From the NCBI GenBank assembly GCA_004431415.1, contig QPMI01000687.1:1-64000 (forward strand): DNA of 64,000 nucleotides, given 5' to 3'. A program made the position numbers and the translations under genes. The DNA is from Cyanophora paradoxa CCMP329. Lineage: Eukaryota; Plantae; Glaucophyta. The notes under the pieces were generated by a model that saw nothing but the letters and a program-made list of their open reading frames with translations, ran no database searches and had not been told where the DNA came from. This document shows positions 10,891-21,567 of this stretch, in pieces. Numbering within the stretch: the first letter of the stretch is position 1; each line of letters starts with the position of its first letter.

Positions 10891-12547
10891 CTAGTCGCGC
10901 CAGGTGCCGGCGAAGACCTCGGCGGCCGGCCCCGTCTTGTACACGCAGTTGTCCCCCTCGTCCCACTCGAGCTCGAGGTCGCCGCCGAGCAGGGTGATCC
11001 CCACGGAGCGCTCCGTGCGGCCCGTGAGGACGCCGGCCACGCACACCGCCGACGCCCCCGTCCCGCACGCCAGCGTCTCCCCCGAGCCCCGCTCCCACGT
11101 CCGCTGGATCAGCTTCGTGGGGCTCACCACCTGCGCCCCCGGCGGCTCGGGCGGGGCGGGGGGCCGGGGGCGGGGGGCGGGGCCGGGGGCGCGCCTGGAC
11201 GAACTCGACGTTGACGCGGTTGGGGAAGAGCGCGTGGTTCTCGATCTTGGGGCCCACCTGCGCCCCCGCCCCTCAGCGCCCCGCCCGGCGCGCCCGAGGC
11301 GGCGGGGCGGGGGGGCGGACGGTGGTGACGGGGAAGTTGGCGGCGTCGTCGACGAAGATGATGCAGTGCGGGTTCCCCATGCTCACCGCCGTGTACCTGC
11401 CGGCCACGCTCGCCCCGCCCCCGCCCGCCCGCCCCGCCCCGCCCCGCGCACCGGTACTCGACGCCGTCGATGACGAGCGGCTGGTCGACCATGCGCGCGC
11501 TCGCGTCTTCCCCGTCGCCGACTGCGCGCACGTCAGGCGGCGCGGGGGCGGGGCGATGCGCGGGGGGCGGGGGGGCGGACCGGACATGGGGATGCGGGCG
11601 CGCTCGAGGATGGGCTCCCCCATCTTCACGCGGATCGCCGCCGCCTTCGTCGCGTCCCCCGCCTCCGGCGTCACCGTCACCGTGAGGATCCCCGCCCTGC
11701 CCGCCCCCGCCCCCGTGAGGCGCCCCGGAGGGGGCCGGCGGGGGCGGCGGCCCCGGAGGGCGGACCCGGTCTCGATGGGGAAGACGAGGTCGGTCTCCAT
11801 GCGGCGGTCGAAGAGGAACTTCGCCACGCACCGCAGCCCGTTCCCGCACATCTCCGAGATGCTGCGCCCCCGCCCTCGGCGAGACGGCGGGGGGGCGGGG
11901 GGGGGTGGGGGCGGGGCGGGGCTCGGGGCGCGCCTCCCGTCGGCGTTGTGCATCTGCATGCGGTACTTGGCGCCGGGCTTGGTCGCCTTCTTGATGAAGA
12001 TCACGCCGTCCCCGCCGATCCCCTGCGCCCCGCCTCAGCCGGCCCCCCGCAGCGGCCCCGCGTCGCGAGCGCGTGCCTTGTTGCGGTTGCTCATGACGAT
12101 GGCCATCTGCTTCTCGACGTCCATGCCGGGCTCGCTCTTTGTCGCGTCGATGTAGACGTAGTCGTTGCCGATCCCGTGCATCTTCACGAACTCGACCTCG
12201 CCGAACGCTGCGCGCGCCTCGGCCGACGCTCCCGCGAGCGGGCAGCCACGCAGCCCACGCACTCGTCTTGGCCGACATCATGACCACGCGGCATCCCCAC
12301 CGCTGCGCCGCGCGGGCCTCGAACCGCCGCGCCCGATCGAATCTCGACGCCTGGCTGGCGCCCTCGAAGGCGTTCCGCCGCGCGACGAACGCGCCCTTCT
12401 TGCTCTCGCGCAGGGCGGAGGCGGGCCTCGCGCCCTGGACGGCCGCCTCATGGCCGACGCCGCGGCCGACGAACACGGGGATAGCTGCCGGCGAGGAATC
12501 AGCGGGATGGCAACGCGAGACACCGGAGTGAGCGAACCGAACGCCAT
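10891..12547 (-). CDS. dapF: Diaminopimelate epimerase, plastid-targeted, multi-exon
   Basis: Spliced motifs [68 protein letters not shown] and [11 protein letters not shown]-terminus MAFAIPVFVG... is a transit-peptide-like extension. Confidence 0.95.
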
Positions 12548-12797
12548 CTCAGCTGCGGGCCGCGGTATTCCTTCCACAGTACCGTGTCAGTGAGGCCAGG
12601 CCGGGTACAGAACTAATTGAGGTCAGAAGAGCCCACTCTCACAGCGCTCATTTGTCGGCCTCGCACCTCAGCGGCCCGTACGGCGCGGGCTTGTCTTCAG
12701 CGTGCTGCCTCGCAGCCTGCCCTCTCTGGAAGGTTCCACACCGTCACTCGCTTCATCCGCACCGGCCATCGGCGCCCATCGACGTACACATTGAAAG

Positions 12798-14489
12798 ATG
12801 GTGCGAGCTGCCACTGAATGAATCATAGCCTGCACAAGGCGTGCACGCTGTGGCGCCCGTCGTGGCACGTTTGAGGCGCGCTCATTTGTGAGCCCGCGCA
12901 CGCAGTTCGGGGGTATCTTCGGCGGCGGCGGGAACCCGTTCGGAGGGCCGATGGGAGGCTACGGTGGCGGCTACGCGGCTGGCGGCGTGTTCTCCCACCA
13001 GTACCGCGTCTACCCTGTCGTTATGATCGACAAGCCGCAGTGCGTCATTGCTGCCGCGCAACTCTGCCGGCCTCGAGCTGACTGCCGCACGTCGCCTGGC
13101 AGCCTTGAGAACGGAGACAAGAGTGCGCGCTTCGGGAGCTGGTCGACCACTTAGCTGACCCGCTGCTGACCCATCCTCGCGCTCGCAGTCATCATGCCGC
13201 CGTCGGCGCTGGACATGCTGGGTGCGGGGGCCGCGCGAGGCGGGCGCGGGGGCGTGCGCTGACGGGCGGGGCGCAGCGCACCTGCACATCAGCTACCCGA
13301 TGCTTTTCGAGCTGACGAACCCGAAGCAGCCCGGGCGGAAGACGCACAGCGGCGTGCTCGAATTCGTCGCCGACGAGGGCGTCGTCTACCTCCCCTACTG
13401 GGTGCGCCCGGGCTACGACCGCGCGGGCCGGGGCGGCAAGGCGGTTGACGGGCGGGACAGATGATGCAGAACCTGCTGCTGGAGGAGGGGGCGATCATCA
13501 ACATCAAGAGCGCGACGCTGCCGAAGGGCACCTTCGTGAAGTTCCAGCCCCAGACCAAGGACTTCCTCGACATCGCCAACCCCAAGGCGGTGTACGCGCG
13601 CCCCGGCCCGCCCCGGCGCGGCGGCGGCGGGGCGTGGGTGCGAGCGGTGCGCAGGCTGGAGACGACGCTGCGGCACTTCTCGGCGCTGACGAAGGGGGAC
13701 ACGGTGCGCCTGAACTACAACAACAAGGTCTTCAACCTCGACGTCCTCGAGACGAAGCCCCGCGACGCCATCTCCCTCATCGAGACCGACATCATCGTCC
13801 GCCGCCCCGCCCCGCCCTGCCCCGCCCGCCCGCCCGCCCGACACCGGCCGGCCAGGTCGACTTCGCGCCGCCCCTCGACTACGTCGAGCCGCCCCGCCCC
13901 GCGCCGGCCCCCGCCGCCTCGACCTCCCCGCCCCCGCCGGCGGCCTCATCTTCGGCTCCTCCGCACCCTCCCCAGCCGCCGCTGCCGCCGCCGCCCGTGC
14001 GCCCCGCCCGCCCGCCCTCGGGCCCCGGCGGGCGGGATGCGACGGGCGGGGGCCTGGCGCGCAGGGGCGGCGAAGGCGGCGAAGAAGGAGGAGTCGGAGG
14101 AGGAGGAGGAGGAGAAGCCCAAGTTCGTCCCCTTCTCCGGCAGGTGCCCCCGCCCCGCCCCGCCCCGCCCCGCCTGCCCTCCCCCCTCGCCTGAGGCCTG
14201 CGCAGCGGGCAGCGTCTGGACGGGAAGCCGCCGCGGGGCCCTCGGCGCCGGCCAAGTCGTCCTCGCCGGCGGCCCGGCGGCGGCGGCCACGCCGGTGGCC
14301 TCGGGGAGCGGCGCGGCGGCCGCGGCCGCGCTGCAGCGGGCGGCGAGCTTCGGGCAGCGCTCCACGACGCCGCACCTGAGCTTCAAGAAGAGCAAGGACG
14401 ACGATTCGGGCGAGGAGGACGAGGAGGACGAGGGATCCAAGCCCAAGTTCAAGCCCTTCGCAGGCAAGGGCTACTCCCTCAAGGGCTAG
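12798..14489 (+). CDS. UFD1: Ubiquitin fusion degradation protein 1 (p97/Cdc48 cofactor), multi-exon
   Basis: Motifs [88 protein letters not shown] and VDFAPPLDY, plus SHP-box [11 protein letters not shown]. The first coding exon is the ATG alone (intron 12801-12905). Confidence 0.95.
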
Positions 14490-14722
14490 GCGCCCCCTTG
14501 AGCCCCCGCCCGATCTCCGAATGTTGTACAGTAGAAGTCCTTGCCATCCCGGCGCAGCGTGCCCGCGACCCGGCTGCAGCAACTGTCCCGCGCAGCCAAA
14601 TCACGGTTGCAGCTCAAAGCTGCATCAGATTGGCCGGGCGTGGGTTGGACGGGGCTGGACTTCAGGCTTAATTATAAGCTTCGAATTCGATTTGCACTCT
14701 CGGTTAAGGTCACTGAGTCAGA

Positions 14723-14978
14723 TCGTGAGCATGGTATGATCATGAGCAAGCACGCCGAGGCTCTCGGGGCTTTACCCTTCGCGAGGACGCAGGGGTCCGA
14801 GGACTAGAGCACACAGACGGAGAAGGTCGTGCCTGAAATCCATGTAAAACTGAAATTTGCAATCTCGGCATACATCGTGATCATGGTATGAGCAAGCACG
14901 CCGAGGCTCTCGGGGCCCCATCGGACGCAGGGGACCGAGGACTGGAGCACACAGAGGGAGTGGGTCTGGCCTGAAAAC
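14723..14978. repeat. Diverged tandem duplication (~110-125 bp, two copies)
   Basis: Shared tcgtga.catggtatga...gcaagcacgccgaggctctcggggc...ggacgcagggg.ccgaggact.gagcacacaga...gcctgaaa at ~14723-14838 and ~14875-14977. Confidence 0.8.
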
Positions 14979-14996
14979 TGATATCATATCAATCGA

Positions 14997-15730
14997 TCAA
15001 TTAGTCCAGCCTAGTCGAGCTCGTATCTTGGATAGGGAGGGAAGGAAACGTCCTCGGCGGGTTGGGAGAATGGGAGCGCTACGATCTGCCGTTCTACGTG
15101 TCCGCGTCGAAGATGAGCTGCTTTGGGGGCCGCAGAGGCGCCGGATCGGCGAGGAGCCGACTCCCTGCACTCCGCATGCTGGGCATCGAGGGTCACAACG
15201 TGCCAGGAGATGCATAATTCGACGCACTCCACGCACCAGCTCTTGCATCTTGCAAAGCGCGGCGAGCGGACGGGATCGTCGCGATCGGACCCGCCTCCAA
15301 AGCCGCGAAGCGCTCCAGGGGTCGCCGGCGACGCGCTGCGCGGTCAGCACGATGGGAGGGAATCGGCGCGCGCGCTTTTTCTTTGTTTGGAAAGAGGGAG
15401 TCGGCCGGAGCAGTAACCCCCGTTGTGTTTCACGGGCGCAGAGCGCCAGCGAGCACACATGACTCTGATTCTCATGAGCAGCTCGAATCGAGGCCACGGA
15501 GGGGCTCTTCGCCACGGGCAAGCCCGCGAGCGCGTCTTCGCCCTGCAGCTCGAAACGAGGGTCCGCCCGCCTGGGGTCGGCACTTTCTGCCCTGGGATGC
15601 GGGGAATTTCCCTACGGCGCCTGAAACCTCGCAGAGCGGGTTTCCGTGTGTGCAGCCGCATGCGTGTGCTTGCTCCGACCGACTGAGGCTCGTACCCAGA
15701 CCCGACCGACCTGACCCCCCCCTCCGTCGG
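14997..15730 (-). other. Putative spliced non-coding host transcript of the MRP RNA (introns 15695-15336 and 15236-15165)
   Basis: Donor G|GTACGA 11 nt upstream of the MRP 5' end. Branch GCTGAC (15348-15343) and acceptor CGCGCAG downstream of it. A second typical intron GTGCGT...GTGCAG follows. Only a short unrecognisable ORF results after splicing. Transcript ends are approximate. Confidence 0.5.
15399..15684 (-). ncRNA. RMRP: RNase MRP RNA (~286 nt)
   Basis: All on the minus strand. P1: AGTCGGTCGGAGCA / TGCTCCGGCCGACT. P2: AGCACACG / TGTGTGCT. P3: TGCGGC..GAAACC..GGTTTC..GCCGTA with internal loop. CR-I: GGGAAATTCCCC (15612-15601). MRP-diagnostic P8 GGCA-GAAAG-TGCC with GARAR loop (15591-15579). 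CR-IV: AGTCA. CR-V: ACAACGGGGGTTAC (15426-15413), which can form the P4 pseudoknot with CR-I. Confidence 0.92.
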
Positions 15731-15749
15731 CACCCGACCCGCCGCGAGG

Positions 15750-18700
15750 ATGGACGACGATAGCGCGATAGTCCGATGGGTGCGCTGGGGCATCCCGTGC
15801 AGGGCGAGCGCCGCTGAGCGGGGCCGCAGGTGGGCACGTTCGACGGGCTCTCGCGGCCGTGCGTGCAGCTGCAAGATCTCTCTGATGGCCAGCTCTTCTC
15901 GGAGATGCTGTTCCAGATGTGCGCCACGCGGCGACGCCGAGCGGTTTCGAACGAGCGCTGACTAGCGTGGCCGGCGCAGCTCGCCGCAGCATTTCCCGGC
16001 GCCGCAGGGCCCGCTTTCGGACCCTCGCAAGCAGCTGCATCTGGTCACTGAGCTCGCTCACGCGCTCCAGGCATACTACCGAGACGTGCGCCGACCCTCC
16101 GAACCTGCGGCGCCGCCCGCGCCTCGATGCAACTGGCCGCCGCCATTGTATACGCTCAGCGTGCTCACGTGGCGTGCATCAGGTGCTCGGCGTCCCCGTG
16201 AACCTGGAGAACATCGACCTGCCGCAGGCGGTCAAGGGGGACGCTGCGGAGATCTTGAAGCTAGCGGAGCTGACGCTCGGATGCGCGGTGCAGTGCGAGA
16301 ACAAGGCGCAGGTGAGCATCTGCTCGCGCGGCAACGGCCGCCAGCGCTCGGCGAGCCAGCAGCGCCTCACCCCCGCTCAGTACGTCACGGCGATGATGAG
16401 CCAGGACTCGGAGACGCAGGCGCAGCTCATGATCATGATCGAGGGCATCATCAACGGAACGTCGGCCGTGCTGGCTCCCTCTTCCCCGAGCAAGCCGCGC
16501 GCCAGGTCGACGCGGCGCTGCGCTCCGCGTGCGCTGCGCGTCACTCGTGCCGCAGCGAGGCCGTGGGCGAGGGCGCGGGGCGCTCGGCGGCGGACATCGC
16601 GGAGCTGGAGCGGCTGCGGGTCGAGAACACGCGCCTGCTCAACGAGCTGGAGGCGATCCGCGCCGACCACGTGCGCCGCCAGCTGCGCGGGCCGCCGGCG
16701 GGGCGCTGAGCGGCGGCGGCAGCAATCGACGATGGAGGAGCACAAGCAGGCGCTGGCGAAGGTGGCGGAGGAGCGGGCGGAGTGGAACAAGCTGCTCGCC
16801 AACCAGAAGGCCGAGATCGACCGCATCAAGAAGTCCTGGTGCGGGGCGCGGCGGCGCTCCTTTTTCCTCCTTTGCCGACGGGCAGGGCAGCGCGATGGCG
16901 GAGTCGCAGAGCCAGGAGTACCGGACGGAGGCGGCGGAGAAGGACCGCCAGATCGCCGACCTGAAGCAGAAGGCGCGCCCCGCGGCTCCGGCGCCGGGGC
17001 GCGCTGGCGCTGAGCGGGTGCAGGCGGGGGAGCTGGGGCGGGCGGAGAAGGAGCGGCGGGCGCTGCAGGACGAGCTGGACGTGACGAAGGCGAAGCTGGC
17101 GCAGGCGGGGCGCGACGAGGCCGCCCTCGAGAAGTACAAGAAGCTCGCCCAGGGCGCCGCCGACCTCAAGAAGCAGCTCAAGGCCCGCCCCGCCCGCCCC
17201 GCCCGCCCCTTCCCCGCGGGGCGAGCGGGGCGCGGGGGCGCAGACGACGGAGGAGCAGCTGAACGGGTACATCGAGAAGAACCTGGACCAGGAGGAGCAG
17301 CTGAAGAAGATCGGGGCGCTGAAGGGGCAGGTGGAGAGCTACAAGCAGCAGGTGGTGGCGGCCGAGGAGCGGGCGGCGGAGCTGCAGGTGGCGCTCCAGA
17401 AGAAGGAGTTCGAGGCGGGGCGGCTGCAGGAGGCGCTCAAGGCGGCGACGGGCGAGCGCGCGGCCGCGCAGGGCGAGCTCGAGGGCCTCCGCGCCCGCCT
17501 CGCCTCCCTCCAGGCCGCCCCCGCCGGCCCGCCCCCGGCCCCCGCCCCCCCCGCCCCCGCGCCCCGCTGACGAGCCCCGCAGCCGGCGAGGGGGGCGGGC
17601 TGGAGGAGGGCCTGCTGGGGGGCATGAGCGTGGAGACGCGGGAGAAGATGGCGCGGCTGGAGCGGGAGGTGGCGGCCTTGCGGGGGGCGGGCCCCGAGGC
17701 CGAGAAGCTCGCCCTCCTCGAGAGCCAGCTCGACGACGCCCTCCGCCTCAAGGCCCCCGCCCCCGCCCCGCCCCGCCCCCCGCGAGGCCCCGCTGAGGGG
17801 CGCGCGCAGGGGAAGTTCGAGCAGGAGCACCTGCGCGCGAGCGGGCGGCTGCTGCAGCTCGAGGCCGACGTGGCGGACCTGCAGCAGAAGCTCGCCCGCG
17901 CCGAGGCCGAGCTCGCCTCCCGCCCCTCGTCCGCACCCCCCGCCCCGCCCCGGCCCGCCCCGGGCGCTGAGCCGGCGCAGGGAGGCGGCGGCGGCGTCGC
18001 GGGCGCTGGAGGCGGAGAAGGGGCGGGTGGCGGAGCTGGAGCGGGCGCTGGAGGAAGCGCGGGGGGAGCTGCAGCGCGCCTCCTCGGCGGCGCACGGGGC
18101 GAGCAAGGAGGCGGCGGAGCGGCTGCAGGCGGAGGGCGAGAAGCTGGCGGCGAGCGTGGAGAAACTGACGGAGGAGGTGGAGCGGGAGCGGGAGGAGAAG
18201 GAGCGGGCACGGGAGGAGGCGCGGCGGCACATGGAGGAGGTCGCCCGCGCCCTCCGCGACAAGGACGAGGTCCGCGAGCAGTACATGAAGCTCCGCGAGC
18301 AGGCCCGCCCCGCCACCCCGCGCCCCGCCCCGCCCCCGACCCCGACGCACGCTGACGCGGGGCGCAGATCCACGTGCAGGACAGGACTGTCGCGTGCGCG
18401 GGGCGGGGGCGGGCGGGGTGGCGGGGCGGCCTCTGAGGGGGTGGGGCGGGGCGCGGGGCGCAGGGAGCAGGAGTCGGCGCTCTCGTACAAGACGGCGGAG
18501 CTGCGGCGGCTCGGGGAGGAGAACGTCTCGCTCACGGCGATCGCCAAGGCGGGGCAGGAGCAGCTCGCCGGCCTGCAGGAGCAGCTCGCCAAGGCGGAGA
18601 AGCGCGTCTACGAGGCGCAGCTGGGGCGGGAGCAGGCGGAGTCGCGGGCGCGGGAGGGGACGCGGGCGCTGGAGGAGAAGCTGGTGAAGTCGGGGCACGA

Positions 18701-19264
18701 GATCGCGAACCTGATGGCGGACAAGTCGCGCCTCGAGGCGTACATGAAGCAGGCGAAGCAGGTGATCGCCAAGCAGCAGGAGGACTGGAAGGCCCGCCAG
18801 AAGGAGGCCCGCGGCCGCGAGCTCGAGGCCCGCCCCCCGCCCGCCCCTCCCCGGCCCCGCCCCCCGCCCCTGAGGCGGGGCGGGGGCGCAGCGGTACGAG
18901 GGGCAGGTGGAGGGCCTGCGGGAGCAGCTCCGCGAGAAGGAGGCCGCCCTCGAGCAGCTCAAGGCCCGTCCCCGCTCGCCCGCCCGCCCGGGGCGCGGGG
19001 CGAGACGGGGCGGGGCGGGGCGCAGCGGACGCGGGAGGAGGAGCGGGCGGCGATCAAGCGGGAGAACAAGCTCGTGATGACCGCCTTCTACGAGATGGGC
19101 TTCGACCTTATGAAGGCACGCCCCCCTCGCCCGCGCCGCGCCCTGCCGGCGGGGCCCTCTGAGTGGGCGGGGCGGGAGCGCAGATGCGGGCGATGCCGCA
19201 GATGTTCAGGCAGGTCGCCACCTCGCCCCTCGGCCGCCTCCGCCAGCACGTCACCGGCAGCTAG
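15750..19264 (+). CDS. HOOK: Hook-family microtubule/dynein adaptor coiled-coil protein, multi-exon
   Basis: N-terminal Hook domain: WVGTF..LQDLSDGQLFSEMLFQI and EILKLAELTLGCAVQCENKAQYVTAMMSQDSETQAQLM. Long coiled coil. C-terminal Hook motif KRENKLVMTAFYEMG. Confidence 0.88.
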
Positions 19265-19585
19265 CCTCCCCGCACCCCCACCCCGCCCCCTCGCCCCAAC
19301 CCCATCCCTGTCGACATCCCCCTATATCTATCTTGATCTACCCGTCGATCCCGAGTTACATGTCATTCGCCATTCTACGCGGCCCGGGCCCGCTCTTAGC
19401 GTCGTTCGCGATGACCGCGAGCATTGCTTTGCAAAGCGCGCCATTTCTTCCGCATGCGCAGTTCAGTGCGTGGCAGGAGCGCGCGGGGGGCGCCGGTTTG
19501 GGCGCTTAGCGGTCAAGCCTGGCAGATCAGGCGCCAGCTCCGCGCGCTCCCCGCGGCCGCCGGCCCGGCCAGCCGCCCGCACCGA

Positions 19586-20185
19586 TCAAGCATGGCGCAC
19601 TCGCCATCGGCGGCAGCCGTCGAGATGAGATCGATCGGAGGCAACGCTCCCCCTGCTCGCCAGCCGCGCGCGTTGGGCGGTAGACCTGACGGTGCGGATG
19701 GGGGGAGCCTCGGAGAGGGGGAAGTTAGCTCGGAGGGAGCAGATGTGGGTAGGGTACGCTGGGCGAACCTGGATCATCTCCTCCCGCGGGGGTGGAGGAG
19801 GGCGCGGGGGCGGGCCTGGCCCCCGGTGCCGAGCGGGCAGGGGGGCGGGGCAGGGGCCCTCGCCCCGGGGGCGCCTAGGCGGAGTGGGAGGGGCGGGAGG
19901 GGTCGGCGGCGGGGCGGGCGGCGCGGGCGAGCTCGGCGGCGTCGCGGGCGGCGAGGGCGCGCGCCGCCGCCTCGGCGCGCTCGCGGCGCCGCGTGGCGAC
20001 GATCACCCACAGCGTGCTCCCCACCAGCACCGGCGCCCCGCACCACGTCTGCCGCACCCTCACGGGCCGCCCGCGCAGCCGGCAGGCGGCCATCGCACCC
20101 AGAAGCCAGGGGCGGCGGACTGCCGCAGGGCGAAGCCGATGAGGGTGCCTGCGGCGCGGGAGGTCGGGGGGCCCGAGGAGGGAGA

Positions 20186-20216
<31 letters not shown>

Positions 20217-21567
20217 TCGGGGACCTATGAAGGGCTCCAGCGTGAGCCCGACTGCCGGAGGCGTGAGAGGGGGCAGGGGGCGGGGGCAGGGGAGGGCGGG
20301 GGGCACCGGAGACGACGAGCGGGGGCACGTACTTGAGGGCGGCGTTGAGGCCCTGGTGCCCCACGAAGCCCGGGCCCAGCGCCAGGTAGAGCACCGGCGC
20401 CCAGTGCCGCCCCGACACGTACCTGCCCCGCAACGCCGCTCGCCACCGAGGCAGCGGCGGCGGCGGAGGAGGAGGAGGAGGACCGGAGGGGGCGGGCGCA
20501 CCCGACAATGTCGCGCGGGGAGGCGCCGTCGACGGCGAGCGCGGTGCCGGCGAGAAGCAGCGCAGAGGTGGCCGTCACAGGAAACGCGTACATGAACAAC
20601 GGCGTCCAACTTTGCGAATGCATGAGTATACCAAGAAGTTACAAAAGTTGTTCCACTAAACCATGCACCTCCTCAGGTGCCGGCCCGCCGCCATGTAGCT
20701 GAGCCCCGCGTGAGGGCGCGCGGGAGGCGGGGGCCGAGGTGAGAGGACCCGACGACGGCGATGGCGCCGGCGAAGGCGAGGAGGTCGCCGGGGAGGGTGA
20801 CGCGGCGCAGGTGGTCGGCCGGGTCCGCCGCGCTCTCGTCCAGCAGCATCACCACCGCCCCCGCAAAGCCGAGCAGGGATCCCAGGACCTCCCCCGCCGA
20901 GACCCGCCGCCGCAGCACCAGCAGGCCCGTCACGATGATGATCGGGTCTGCGCGCCCTCAGGGGCGGGGCCGGATCCGCCGGACGGCGGGGGGCGGACGC
21001 GTCGTGACGAGTAGAAGACTGTGCGTCAGAGTGGTGGAGTTCAGACTCGCAATCCAGCAGCCAAAGTGGAGCGCAAGCGCCGCCCCCGACGCCAACAGCA
21101 CCCGCCACGTGCTCCACGCCCAGTACTGCGCGGCGTTGGACGCCGAGGGGTCTTCACAAAGCTCGGGCGATGACGGCGGGCGCGCACGTGCGCACCCGCT
21201 CGCGAATGTCGGCCGGCGCCGTGCGAATGTCGCGGACGAAAAAAGGGAAGAGAACCAAGGAGCTGGCCTGCAATCTCCAGCTCGCCCGCGTGATGGCAGG
21301 CGCATCGATGCCGCGTAACACCGCGCCGGCGCTCGAGGCCGTGATGATGGCAGCTGCGAGGACGACCCAGCACCAGATTGGCACGTGCGCCTCCGATCCC
21401 GCGCGCTTCTCGTCGATGTCGATGTCTTCGAGCTGCGCATCTTCGAGCTGCGCCTCTGCGCGCTGCGCGAGCTCGTCGCCGGCGCCGTCCCCGAGCTCGG
21501 CGTCGCCGTCCGCGTCGAGGCGGCTGTAGTTGCTCGCTGCCGGGGTAGACGTGCGTGCGGCCGTCAT
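19586..21567 (-). CDS. EamA/DMT-superfamily membrane transporter, multi-exon (3' end approximate)
   Basis: Hydrophobic helices and DMT motifs: RASWRLQ, LASGAALALHFGCWIASLNSTTLTHSLLLVT, GDLLAFAGAIAVV, LALGPGFVGHQGLNAALKY and LTLEPFIG. Confidence 0.85.

Noticed and set aside
15399-15684. Telomerase RNA or RNase P RNA identity for the ncRNA
   Set aside because: No telomeric template. The GARAR P8 loop and the CR-I/CR-V pairing TTCCCC/GGGGG match MRP rather than P.
20186-20215. Apparent frameshifts in host genes (DMT, HOOK, kinase, SBP2) as pseudogenes or programmed frameshifting
   Set aside because: They coincide with long G/C homopolymers and GC-rich repeats, where indel errors or missed small introns are the simpler explanation. 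Catalytic motifs are intact.
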